Shown here: one piece after another, positions 8,916 to 18,447 of the stretch
Numbering within the stretch: position 1 is the stretch's first letter
Layout of the letters: each line of letters opens with the position of its first letter
NCBI GenBank assembly: GCA_964356335.1
Contig: CAYHHI010000003.1
Span: 162-64,161, forward strand
From: an uncultured bacterium
GTDB lineage: Bacteria; Arandabacterota; Arandabacteria; Arandabacterales; Arandabacteraceae
DNA length: 64,000 nucleotides
Reading direction: 5' to 3'
The notes under the pieces: generated by a model
Database searches by the model: none
Told to the model about the DNA's origin: nothing
Seen by the model: only the letters and a program-made list of their open reading frames with translations
Program-made: the position numbers and the translations under genes

Positions 8916-10443
8916 AAAGTCGGCGTACATCGATTCGGTAAGCCTCATGCGTATATCGAAGAAGGTGGGCGATGCTCCCGGAATCTTGAATGCCATGGTG
9001 GCGATGGCCACTGACACCAATCTACTTCTCCTCAAAGAAATCGGTTTTGACACTTCCGGCCTGGGTGCAGTTTCAGCCAACGATATGGTCATAGCCTTGG
9101 ATGCTGAGGATGAGGTTGCACTTGGGGCAGGACTCTCACTTGTGAAGATGGAGATTGAAGGAGGCGCGAGACCACATCGTGACGACACGGCCGGAATCTT
9201 TGTCACCAGAAGCCTTGACAGTGCCATCAAGCAGTACCCGCAGATCAATCTCGTCCTTATCTCGACCCCGGGGCGATTCGCTGCTCATGAAGCCCACAAT
9301 GCCCTGCGTGCTGGAAAACACGTGATGATCTTCAGTGACAATGTATCCCTCGAAGACGAACAGAGGCTTAAGGCTCTCGCAAGCGAAAAGAGCCTGCTTC
9401 TCATGGGGCCGGATTGTGGCACTGCCATGATAGGTGGTGCAGGGCTTGGTTTTGCCAACATGGTTCCGCGCGGCCGGATCGGGATTGTCGCTGCATCGGG
9501 GACGGGTGCCCAGGAGGTCTCATCGATACTGGCGAGGCTGGGACTTGGAGTTTCCGAGATTATTGGCACAGGTGGGAGGGATGTTTCCGGGGCAATCGGA
9601 GGTGTGATGACCAAGATGGGCCTCCGGGTGCTTGTTGACGACGGGCATACAGACGTCATTGTCATCATCTCGAAACTGCCCGGTGCGAATGTGGCAAAGG
9701 AGATTCTTGAAATCGCAAGAGATGGCGGCAAGCCATGTGTAGTGTACTTTGTGGGCTACTCGGGCAAAGAGCGCGAAGCCAATCTCATCTTCACAAGAAC
9801 TCTTACCAGGACTGCCCTGGAAGCGGCACGACTTGCCACTGGCAGGGCCGTCTCGATCACACCTCCTCCTCAGAATAGGGAGGACCATCTCGCCCGGCTC
9901 AGGACGGGACTTCCCCAGCAACGGAAGTTTGTACGGGGCCTCTTCAGTGGAGGGACGCTTGCTCAAGAAGCGGTCTCGATCCTCGGTACTTCCCTCAGAC
10001 CCATGCATGTCAACATGAAGTTGCCTGGCGCGATTGCGCTTGACGATCCTGCGGTGAGCGCGGGGCACACGATTGTTGATCTCGGGGATGACGCCTTCAC
10101 GCGGGGAAGGGCCCACCCCATGATTGACCAGGCGTACAGGCTCACAAGACTCGCCAGGGAAGTGAAAGACCCTGAGACCGCTGTTGTCTTGATGGATGTT
10201 GTTCTTGGATATGGCTGTAATGAAGACCCTGGCGGCGAGATCGCAGCCGTGCTGAGGCGGTCGGGCGGGACACAGGCGTCGGAGATCGGGGAGCCCATAG
10301 TGGTGGCGAGCATCTGCGGAACCCACGGGGATCCTCAGAATTATGACCTCCAGAGGCAGAAGCTCGAAGCCGCGGGGATTCTCGTGGCCGAAACCAATGC
10401 GGAGGCATGTGAATTAGCCCTCGATCTCTTGCGCGACAGGTAA
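8896..10443 (+). CDS. fdrA: FdrA-like acyl-CoA synthetase (AllF-like; succinyl-CoA synthetase alpha-like CoA-binding fold)
   Basis: The internal start MKKVYIEKSAYIDSVSLMRISKKV closely resembles the E. coli FdrA N-terminus. Contains CoA-binding and ligase-CoA domains. The upstream ORF extension was judged spurious. Confidence 0.75.
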   Translation: MKKVYIEKSAYIDSVSLMRISKKVGDAPGILNAMVAMATDTNLLLLKEIGFDTSGLGAVSANDMVIALDAEDEVALGAGLSLVKMEIEGGARPHRDDTAGIFVTRSLDSAIKQYPQINLVLISTPGRFAAHEAHNALRAGKHVMIFSDNVSLEDEQRLKALASEKSLLLMGPDCGTAMIGGAGLGFANMVPRGRIGIVAASGTGAQEVSSILARLGLGVSEIIGTGGRDVSGAIGGVMTKMGLRVLVDDGHTDVIVIISKLPGANVAKEILEIARDGGKPCVVYFVGYSGKEREANLIFTRTLTRTALEAARLATGRAVSITPPPQNREDHLARLRTGLPQQRKFVRGLFSGGTLAQEAVSILGTSLRPMHVNMKLPGAIALDDPAVSAGHTIVDLGDDAFTRGRAHPMIDQAYRLTRLAREVKDPETAVVLMDVVLGYGCNEDPGGEIAAVLRRSGGTQASEIGEPIVVASICGTHGDPQNYDLQRQKLEAAGILVAETNAEACELALDLLRDR

Positions 10444-10475
10444 GGTGAGCAGTAAGTCACGCGACGATAAGGTGT

Positions 10476-11975
10476 ATGCGAAGTGATGACGTAGGGAGTA
10501 AGGAAGCAATGAAGAATCTGCGCGAGCTCCTGCAAAGCGAGCCTGTTGTGGCTAACATAGGGAGTCAGATCTTCGCGAATTCATTGCGCTCGCAAGGCAA
10601 GGAAGTGATTCAGGTTGACTGGGCGATGCCCTGCCGCGGCAACGAGGTCCTCCTTGGCATCCTTGAGAAGATCCGGACGGAAGAGGCGGTGTTCGAGGGC
10701 AAGAGAATGCGCCTCGAGGAGATTGTTGATGCCGCCAACGCCAGGGCGCTCGAGACAATCAACATGGCACATCCGTTTCTGGTGGGTGTGGGTAAAGCCC
10801 TGGAAGACATCCCCGGCATGAAAGAGGATTTGATACTTCATGCCGGACCGCCTGTGGAGTGGGATAGGATGTGCGGTCCCATGAGGGGTGGCGTGATTGG
10901 CGCCCTGCTTTACGAAGGGCGAGCCCGAGACCAAGTGGAGGCTGAAAGGCTTGCCTCATCTGGGAAGATACGGTTTGAGCCCTGCCACCACCATGCTGCG
11001 GTCGGGCCCATGGCGGGCATAATCTCGCCCTCCATGCCTGTCTGGATAATCGAGAACAGGCACTCCGGCAACAAAGCCTTTGCCACCCTCAACGAAGGGC
11101 TCGGCAAGGTGCTCCGCTTTGGGGCCTTCAGCAGAGAGGTGGTTGAAAGACTCAAGTGGATGGAGCAGGTGCTGGCGCCAGTTCTCAGGCAAGCCCTCAC
11201 AATACATGGCGAAGTCGATCTCAGATCTCTAATTGCCCAAGCCCTCCAGATGGGAGACGAGGGACACAATCGCAACAGGGCGGGTACATCGCTCCTTATA
11301 AGGGAGCTCGCCGCGTCAATCGTGATGGCCGATGCGAGCAACGAGGCCAAGAGCGATGTCTTGAAATTCATGAATTCGAACGACCACTTCTTCCTGAATC
11401 TTACCATGCCATCTGGAAAGTGTTGTCTTGATGCAATTGCCGGGGTTCCCGGTTCGAGCGTGGTGAGCACCATGGCCCGCAACGGGACCGAATTCGGGAT
11501 CCGGGTCAGCGGCGTCGGGGACAGGTGGTTCACCGCCCCCGCCCCCAGGGTGAAGGGGCTCTATTTCACTGGCTTCGGCGAGCAAGATGCCAATCCCGAT
11601 ATCGGTGACAGCACGGTATGCGAGACTTATGGCATCGGCGGGTTTGCCATGGCAGCGGCACCTGCGATTGTCCAGTTCGTGGGCGGTTCCCCCTCGGATG
11701 CGACAAGGTACACGCTTAGCATGTATGACATCGCGGTTGGCGAGAGCAGAAACTACAGGATTCCATCGCTGGGTTTCCGAGGAACGCCTACCGGCATAGA
11801 CATCATAAAGGTGGTTGAGACGGCTATCGTGCCTGTAGTGAATACGGGCATCGCCCACAAGAATCCTGGGATCGGACAGGTCGGGGCCGGCCTTGTAGAG
11901 CCCCCCATCGAGTGCTTTGAGGAGGCTCTCGGAGCGCTTTACGAATCCTTGAAGCGATCTTTCAAGGCGGTCTGA
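10476..11975 (+). CDS. DUF1116 family protein (YlbE/AllG-like)
   Basis: Shows the conserved blocks LHAGPP, CHHHAAVGPM, NEGLGKVLRFGA, DHFFLNLTM, GIRVSGVGDRWFTAP, FTGFGEQDANPDIGDS and NTGIAHKNPGIGQVGAG that are characteristic of YlbE-type proteins. Confidence 0.7.
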   Translation: MRSDDVGSKEAMKNLRELLQSEPVVANIGSQIFANSLRSQGKEVIQVDWAMPCRGNEVLLGILEKIRTEEAVFEGKRMRLEEIVDAANARALETINMAHPFLVGVGKALEDIPGMKEDLILHAGPPVEWDRMCGPMRGGVIGALLYEGRARDQVEAERLASSGKIRFEPCHHHAAVGPMAGIISPSMPVWIIENRHSGNKAFATLNEGLGKVLRFGAFSREVVERLKWMEQVLAPVLRQALTIHGEVDLRSLIAQALQMGDEGHNRNRAGTSLLIRELAASIVMADASNEAKSDVLKFMNSNDHFFLNLTMPSGKCCLDAIAGVPGSSVVSTMARNGTEFGIRVSGVGDRWFTAPAPRVKGLYFTGFGEQDANPDIGDSTVCETYGIGGFAMAAAPAIVQFVGGSPSDATRYTLSMYDIAVGESRNYRIPSLGFRGTPTGIDIIKVVETAIVPVVNTGIAHKNPGIGQVGAGLVEPPIECFEEALGALYESLKRSFKAV

Positions 11976-12155
11976 GGCCTGGGGGCGAGAACCGGCAAGA
12001 AGGCGAACAAGGCGGGCCAGGAGTGCAAACGCCCTGATACGAGGGGTCAGGCGAGAAGACCCGAGAAGTATATCGATTGCGTAAGGCTGGCTGATGGCAC
12101 GAGGCCGGAAGCAACGTGTGCTGGGAAACTCGCAACATGGACTGGAGGAGAACCT

Positions 12156-13010
12156 ATGAAAGAGCCCAGGTTTGGACTGATCGATCTCACGCAGCCGCTC
12201 AGCGTGCTCACGCCTCCGTGGCCGACGTATGAGCCGCTACAACTCAAGTTCTTCAAGCGGCTTGCACCGAACGGAGCAAATGGGCAGCTCATAACAACGA
12301 GCAATCACGTCGGGACTCATCTTGACGGTCCCCTCCACTTCTGCACGCACGGCGGTGATATCGCAAGCCTGCCCTTGAACGACTATCTCTGCGGTCCAGG
12401 GGTAGTCGTGGACTTGAGCGACATCGCCGAAGATTACGGCATCTACTCTTCGGCTGACATAGAGGCAAGGGTCAAGGTCGAGGTTGGCGACATACTGATC
12501 ATCAATACGGGCTATCATCGCTATGCCTGGGATCAGCCGGCAGGGGATGAAGTTCGCTACATGGTTCGGCATCCCGGTCCTACAATGGAATTCGCACGCT
12601 GGTGCAAGATAAAGAAGATCAAGTGGATCGGGGTGGACTGCGGCTCAGCCGATCATCCCATGAATACCAAGATCAGGGAGTGGATGCCCGGCGAGGCAAA
12701 GCGAGCCGACGCTTTCCTCAGATCAAAATACCGGAAGGGACTCGACGACTTCTTCCCGTCGGAAGATTACCAGCTGATGCACGTAGCGCTTTTCCATATT
12801 CCGATAGTCCATGCGGAGAACCTTGGCGGCGACATCGATCTGGTGCTTAGCCGCCGTGTGACGATTGGATGTTTCCCTTGGAGATTCGTGGGCGGAGAGT
12901 CAAGCATCTGCCGCATCGTCGCCTTCGTGGATCCGCAAGAACACAAGCGGCTCATGCAGAAGAAGCGAAAGATGCGTGCGACCCGCTTCGGGGATTGCGT
13001 GCCGAAGTAG
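12156..13010 (+). CDS. Cyclase family protein (kynurenine formamidase-like)
   Basis: HVGTHLDGPLHF metal-binding motif, the PF04199 signature. Confidence 0.8.
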   Translation: MKEPRFGLIDLTQPLSVLTPPWPTYEPLQLKFFKRLAPNGANGQLITTSNHVGTHLDGPLHFCTHGGDIASLPLNDYLCGPGVVVDLSDIAEDYGIYSSADIEARVKVEVGDILIINTGYHRYAWDQPAGDEVRYMVRHPGPTMEFARWCKIKKIKWIGVDCGSADHPMNTKIREWMPGEAKRADAFLRSKYRKGLDDFFPSEDYQLMHVALFHIPIVHAENLGGDIDLVLSRRVTIGCFPWRFVGGESSICRIVAFVDPQEHKRLMQKKRKMRATRFGDCVPK

Positions 13011-13238
13011 GTTCACTCTCGCAGAACTGCAAATTCGCGGTGGCTTTTTCGCTTGCGCGAGTGATACCGCATGCGTGTCAAGATTCGACCACGGCAAGGT
13101 TGCTATCCATGTCAAGGCACATGGGACTTCCTGCACTCAGGGCTATCCGACATTCGCCAATTGCAACGGATACCCACACACGGACAGGCACGCCCGTAGA
13201 AAGGGGACGGGCCGCCGGAAACCCGCCACGTCAAAAAC

Positions 13239-14417
13239 CTACTTGAACAGGGCCTTGATTGTGCCCCATGTCGTCGGTTCGATAGCGGAGGGGTCGCAGG
13301 TCGGTACCACAATAGTTGCATGAGCCGGAGCGCGTACATGCATGTTATCGATCCAGACGATGCCACCGGGATCAGAGTAGAGGCGGCACTCGATCACAAG
13401 CCCAGCGTGTCCACCGCTAACTACCCATGACCAATCGGTCATGTCCCAGCCTTCACCTGGGCCTAAGTCAGGATTGCCGCCGGCACTCCCATTGTCGCCA
13501 TTGACATCAGGCGGGTTGGAATCGTTCCAGTGAGCCCAGATTCCACACGAAGGGCCGCTAGTCGGCGTCGTGTCATAGCGCCAGAAACTGCAATACACCT
13601 CATCGCCATCCGCAAGGCCATAGACGTAAGCAAGATAAGCCTGAGGGATACCGGTGGGGCAGCAGTTTTCAAGGCTGAGCGAACGGAAGCCGCTGCAGAC
13701 TGGTTCCGGGATTGTCACGTTGCATGCGGCTATGTTCAGCTGGCAGTTTCCATAGTAACCGATGATGGTGGCTAAGTCCTCCCAATCATACCACCGGTCA
13801 TTGGCTTCGGGGGCAGTATAACTGACGGCTAGATAAGGCCATGAGCCAGTCACTTGAGCATCCTTGCTATAAAGCCTCGCCCATTTGCCCTGTGACGGTT
13901 GATTCTGTTCCTTCATGCAAATGCTGAAATCGCCACCCTTGTGCTGCTGAGCTTCGTAGGTCAGATCCCAGGTGAACCATGCGTTTGCAGCATTGATCTG
14001 GGTGATGTGCGCCGGCGTACCGCTCACCGTGAGTATGTTATTTCCGCAGTTCCAGGTCATCGCGTATTCAGACCAGTCAGGGGGATCGTTGGTGACCTCA
14101 TAGGCGTTCACCGAGACGCTACTTCCGCTGTGATCGTAGCATAACATGTAGAGTGTGGCGCTATTGATAGTCCCTGCTGCGAACTGGGAGAGATCGAACT
14201 TGATGTAGGTGGCCCAATAATCGTAGTTCTCTACGAAGGGTCCACCGACGTACAGCAGAGAGCCGGTAGGATTACCTTGAGTATCCGGATAATCCGACTG
14301 CACACAGACGTCGTCTGTGGGGTAAAGATTGTAAGTCGTCGCGATCACCGCGGGAGCTGACGCCAGGCATGCAAGCAGGACCACCACCGAAACCCCCGAT
14401 AGCTTTCTTTCCTTCAC
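13239..14417 (-). CDS. Secreted Cys-rich protein with a DNRLRE-like N-terminal domain and a C-terminal TWGTIKALFK tail
   Basis: GTG start preceded by GGAGGTGG. Signal peptide KERKLSGVSVVVLLACLASAPAVIA. Motif LYMLCYDHSGSSVSVNAYEVTNDPPDWSEYAMTWN resembles the DNRLRE domain. Many Cys residues. Ends in ...EPTTWGTIKALFK. Confidence 0.45.
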   Translation of the reverse strand: MKERKLSGVSVVVLLACLASAPAVIATTYNLYPTDDVCVQSDYPDTQGNPTGSLLYVGGPFVENYDYWATYIKFDLSQFAAGTINSATLYMLCYDHSGSSVSVNAYEVTNDPPDWSEYAMTWNCGNNILTVSGTPAHITQINAANAWFTWDLTYEAQQHKGGDFSICMKEQNQPSQGKWARLYSKDAQVTGSWPYLAVSYTAPEANDRWYDWEDLATIIGYYGNCQLNIAACNVTIPEPVCSGFRSLSLENCCPTGIPQAYLAYVYGLADGDEVYCSFWRYDTTPTSGPSCGIWAHWNDSNPPDVNGDNGSAGGNPDLGPGEGWDMTDWSWVVSGGHAGLVIECRLYSDPGGIVWIDNMHVRAPAHATIVVPTCDPSAIEPTTWGTIKALFK

Positions 14418-14871
14418 GTTCCACCTCCTCTGGTTATGACCGGCTGCGATACCCAATTGAAACCGATACGAAGGTCCGGATCACCTCCGGCAATTGATGA
14501 CCCACATCAACTGCTAATCAATACAGATAGCGGCTCCACTCGTCTGCGATCGGGCGATGACGATTTTGGTCATTATGGCCTTAGTTCACACACCGAAACG
14601 TACTGTTTCAAGTGGTACGTCAAGCCTCTGTTGAAAGCGAAACCCTGGCTGTTGGCAAGCCTGGGACACTTACGCACCTCCACCGGATTAGATTGTGACA
14701 TAAATCGACGCCGCAGTCAAGCCTTGCCTTAGGGCGGGCTGGGATCGGGAACAGACACATGATCCTTGGGTAGGACTTAGGGCGGGCTTACGGAATTCCG
14801 GTAGTGGATCTTACGGGTGCGCCATGACGGGTCGCGGGTAATCTGGGTCCTCTGAAAAAGCGGGGCCAGGC

Positions 14872-15630
14872 CTAATTTGCGTGCTTTGCCAGCCACTCGG
14901 TTATCTGTCTCATCGCCTCGGGATTGCCCTTGAAGTTACGAGTCTTGTAGTCGTCGTAGCTTTCCCGCTTGTCCCTTGCGAAGGCATAGGCATGATCGGT
15001 GCCAGGTACGACTGTCAGGGTGACGTCGCTATTCCCCGATAGAAGCAAGACATCCCTGATGTGCTCGTGGCACGCAAGCTGCGTGATGAAGTCGGAAGCG
15101 GCATATATGATGAGCACGGGCTCCGTGACTTGGCCATAGATCTGCGACAGGTTGATGTTCAACTGCCCTCGCCAATACTCCACCGTCCGGTCGTCCATTA
15201 TGCGGTTGTCCTTGTTTACGTATTTCCCAAGGGCAGGATTCCTCCGGAGGATTGCGGGCAGGGAGTCACCCCGGGCTGCCGATGTCATAAGGTCGAGATA
15301 CTCCTTTAGCGAATCCTTGTCTGCGTCGGTGATGTTGCGGTATACGAATCCTGCAAACCCGCGCGACGCGAGTTCGCACTGGGCACGAGCCGGGCCGGCG
15401 CATGAAAGGGGTGGCCCAAACGGAAAGGATAGGAGAAGCAGCAAAAGACACGAGCCTGCACCAACAGTAATCGCAATGCCGCTCTTGCGTTCACCCGTTG
15501 CTCTCACGATCAAAGCGCCGCCCCCGAGAAGCATACAGAAAGTCGAACTTGATCCCGGGAAACCTCTCCTAGCTAACCAACCCTCCCCGGAGACCTGCAG
15601 CCCAACAGGCCTGATGCCACTACCAACCAA
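14872..15630 (-). CDS. Hypothetical secreted protein resembling only the C-terminal half of an alpha/beta hydrolase (no GxSxG nucleophile); may be a decayed gene
   Basis: Internal signal-like segment. Conserved PVLIIYAASDF and GTDHAY blocks typical of the acid/His part of esterases, but no nucleophile elbow. Confidence 0.3.
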   Translation of the reverse strand: MVGSGIRPVGLQVSGEGWLARRGFPGSSSTFCMLLGGGALIVRATGERKSGIAITVGAGSCLLLLLLSFPFGPPLSCAGPARAQCELASRGFAGFVYRNITDADKDSLKEYLDLMTSAARGDSLPAILRRNPALGKYVNKDNRIMDDRTVEYWRGQLNINLSQIYGQVTEPVLIIYAASDFITQLACHEHIRDVLLLSGNSDVTLTVVPGTDHAYAFARDKRESYDDYKTRNFKGNPEAMRQITEWLAKHAN

Positions 15631-15660
15631 CTTGCAGGTCTCCTGGCCTGACCCCGCTGG

Positions 15661-16947
15661 TTAGAAGTCGAAGTCCATGATCAGGGCGAACTCATTCTCT
15701 TTAACAGGCTTGGCTTTCCCGGTCTCTCTGTGGGTGAACTCGGCGTGCAAGGCGACATTGACCGCTGTCCAGTCACCCAGGTAGTATCTCAGCAATCCCG
15801 AGTAAGCCTTGATCTCCGCCTCGGAATCATAGCACGGCGGCTTGACCCAGTTGTACATTGCAGACGCGACAAGCCTATTATTGAGAAGCCCGGCCCAGTC
15901 AAGTTCGGCAAACCCGCCGGTAAACTCGTAGTCTTCAGTCGGCTTCAACGTGTTGAGTTCCTTGGGATCCACGCCCTTCATGAAGAAGGCCTGAAGATTC
16001 AGATTCTTCCAGTTCAGGCTTGCGTCAGCCCCAATCCTGTAAAAAGCCTCGTTAGATGCCATGACAGACAGAGTGTCCGCGGTGGTGTCGGGCAATTCGA
16101 TTATTCTGGATGCATACTTCGGCTGCCACCCGTAATAGGCAAATCCACTGACCCTATGGCCTGCACTCTGCCCGTCGCCCTTGAAGAAGGTCTTAGACAT
16201 GTTCAGGTACGCGTCTTTGTACTTGTTGTTGTCCGGATTCCCACCATTGCCGTTGACCACGCCGGCTGCGTACTTGAATCCACATCGGCAATGCCCCGTG
16301 GCCTCCAGACCTATCTGGTTATCGTCAAACACGTACGTGTTCCCGGGTGATCCAAACGCATAGACCTCGTAAGGCTCGGAAAGATAATAGCTGCGCTTGG
16401 AGCTGATGGCATGGTAGGCGGGCTCAAACCTGCCGATCCTCAGATTAAGTAGGTCGGGGGCTATGTTGCTGAATACGATGTTGGCGGATTCAAGTGCCGC
16501 AAGCTGAGACGGGTTGTCTCCGGAGGGACCGGGGCCTGATTGGTCTGCCGCCGGCTCGTCAATCCTGGGTGTGTAGATAAAAAGAAACGAGATGTTCTTG
16601 TGCAGGACCCCGGCCGCAAGGAAATCGAAACCGAATAGGTTGAAGGTGTTTTCGGTGGTCTTCTGTTTGCCAACTTCAGCGTCATAAAGCGAAAAGCCCG
16701 TGGTTGTTCTTATGGAAAGCGGCGGGGGTGTGTCAAACACGTTCTTCTCGCCACCGACCTGTCCCGGGACCTGGTAGCCATTGTCTCTGAAGCGTTGACC
16801 GAAATCATTCAGTTTGATGAACGCCACGTGGCACATATTGCAGTTGAAGCCGTGTTTCCTCGCGAAAGCAGGGATGGCATCGCTCTTCGTCGGCACGAGG
16901 AGAAAGATTGCTGCTGCCAGCAAGATGAGAGCGCACATAGTTTTCAT
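15661..16947 (-). CDS. Cyc2-like fused monoheme cytochrome c / outer-membrane beta-barrel porin
   Basis: Signal peptide MKTMCALILLAAAIFLLVPTKSDA, then a single CxxCH motif (NCNMCHVAF) right after cleavage. The remaining ~380 aa are rich in alternating hydrophobic residues and end in a terminal Phe (LIMDFDF), typical of OM beta-barrels. Sits 12 bp downstream of a diheme CCP gene on the same strand. Confidence 0.55.
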   Translation of the reverse strand: MKTMCALILLAAAIFLLVPTKSDAIPAFARKHGFNCNMCHVAFIKLNDFGQRFRDNGYQVPGQVGGEKNVFDTPPPLSIRTTTGFSLYDAEVGKQKTTENTFNLFGFDFLAAGVLHKNISFLFIYTPRIDEPAADQSGPGPSGDNPSQLAALESANIVFSNIAPDLLNLRIGRFEPAYHAISSKRSYYLSEPYEVYAFGSPGNTYVFDDNQIGLEATGHCRCGFKYAAGVVNGNGGNPDNNKYKDAYLNMSKTFFKGDGQSAGHRVSGFAYYGWQPKYASRIIELPDTTADTLSVMASNEAFYRIGADASLNWKNLNLQAFFMKGVDPKELNTLKPTEDYEFTGGFAELDWAGLLNNRLVASAMYNWVKPPCYDSEAEIKAYSGLLRYYLGDWTAVNVALHAEFTHRETGKAKPVKENEFALIMDFDF

Positions 16948-16958
16948 TTTGGTCTCCT

Positions 16959-18023
16959 TTACTGTGGAAACTCAGACGCCGGAACGGGCTTCACATCAGC
17001 GACCTCTGGATTGGTGCTTGTCATCGCCCGTTTCATAAAGGCAACCAACGCCGCTTTTTCTTGAGCAGACAATCCGAGTGGGACAATCAACGGATCGAGG
17101 TTGGGATCGCCCGCACCTCCGCCCTTGTTGTAGAATTCCACGACAGCCTCGAGCGAGATCTCGCCGCCGGTGTGCATATACGGCGGACGCAAAGCAACGT
17201 CACGGACGGTCGGCGTCTTGAATGCGCCCTTATCTCTTGGGTCTTTGGTCACTTCATACCTTCCGTCATCCGGCTTGGCTCCGGCCGCCGGCGCGACACC
17301 AACGTTGTGGAATCTGCCATCTGTGAAGTTGGCTCCCCAGTGGCACGCAGTGCAGTGCCCCTTGCCGTTAAAGATCTCAAGGCCCTTCTTTTCCTGGCAA
17401 GTCAGTGCTGACTCTTCACCTCTCACGTATCTGTCGAACGGCGAATCTGTTGTGACAACCGTTCGCTCGTAAGCTGCTATCGCCTTGGCTACCTGATCGA
17501 GCGTGATGGGTGTAGTCCCGAAGACTGCCCTGAATTCATCGACGTAGCCAGGGAAATCGTTCAAAGTCCTTATCATCCCGGCATGAGTGTTACCCATCTC
17601 TACAGGGTTCGCGATCGGCCCCGTTGCCTGTTCTTCGAGGGTTGCGGCTCTTCCATCCCAGAATTGCAGGGGCAGGTAAGCGGCGTTCGAAACCGGGGGA
17701 GATCTTCGGCCGCCGCGCTGTCCGGCTATACCCACACTGGTAGGACCCTTGTCGGACCATCCCATCGCCGGGCTGTGACAAGTGGCACAGCTAACCGTAT
17801 TGTCCTTCGAGAGGCGGGGGTCGAAGTAGAGCTGTTTACCTAGCGCGATCAAGCCAGGGGACATAGGATTGTCCGGGGGTATGGGCACAGGTGGCAGATT
17901 GCCGATCTTCTGCGGGCCGTAAGAATGAAATCTCACTGTTGTGACGGGCGTTGCGTCGCCTGCAAGAAGAACCTGTGGAAGCACCAAAACTGAGAGTACG
18001 AGCAGGATCTTGATTTTGGACAT
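16959..18023 (-). CDS. Diheme cytochrome c peroxidase (CCP/MauG family)
   Basis: Two CxxCH motifs (CATCHSP and CTACHWG) plus FKTPTVRDV and PYMHTG blocks conserved in bacterial CCPs. N-terminal signal peptide. Confidence 0.85.
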   Translation of the reverse strand: MSKIKILLVLSVLVLPQVLLAGDATPVTTVRFHSYGPQKIGNLPPVPIPPDNPMSPGLIALGKQLYFDPRLSKDNTVSCATCHSPAMGWSDKGPTSVGIAGQRGGRRSPPVSNAAYLPLQFWDGRAATLEEQATGPIANPVEMGNTHAGMIRTLNDFPGYVDEFRAVFGTTPITLDQVAKAIAAYERTVVTTDSPFDRYVRGEESALTCQEKKGLEIFNGKGHCTACHWGANFTDGRFHNVGVAPAAGAKPDDGRYEVTKDPRDKGAFKTPTVRDVALRPPYMHTGGEISLEAVVEFYNKGGGAGDPNLDPLIVPLGLSAQEKAALVAFMKRAMTSTNPEVADVKPVPASEFPQ

Positions 18024-18447
18024 ACTGCCCTCCCTGGTTAGGTTTGAATCTATTCGGATTCGGATTCGAGGTCTGGTGCCGGTTCCTTCAGCCCTCCTTC
18101 CTTATGTTACGTCCCGAAATCTGACATGCCAGAATCATTACCGGTCATGCCTGGGTCCCGGGCCTCACGAGCCAAACTTGACAATTCTCCCCTTGTCTAA
18201 ACTGAGGCTGCCAGCAATTGGCAAAATGGAACTCACTCCGTCAAGACCTTCACCGTTGCGATAATCACCCTCGGATACTGATTCTACAACGACCCCAGCG
18301 CAGGTCAAATGCTTTTTGGGGAGGCTTAACCCTGTGGTTGATCCTGGCCTGATTTCCTTCTCAGAATGCTGTAAAGCGACCACCCGAATCTTCCGACATC
18401 TAAAAGTAGGGGGGAAAGTAGGGGGGAGGGAAGCAGGGGGTGTTAAA

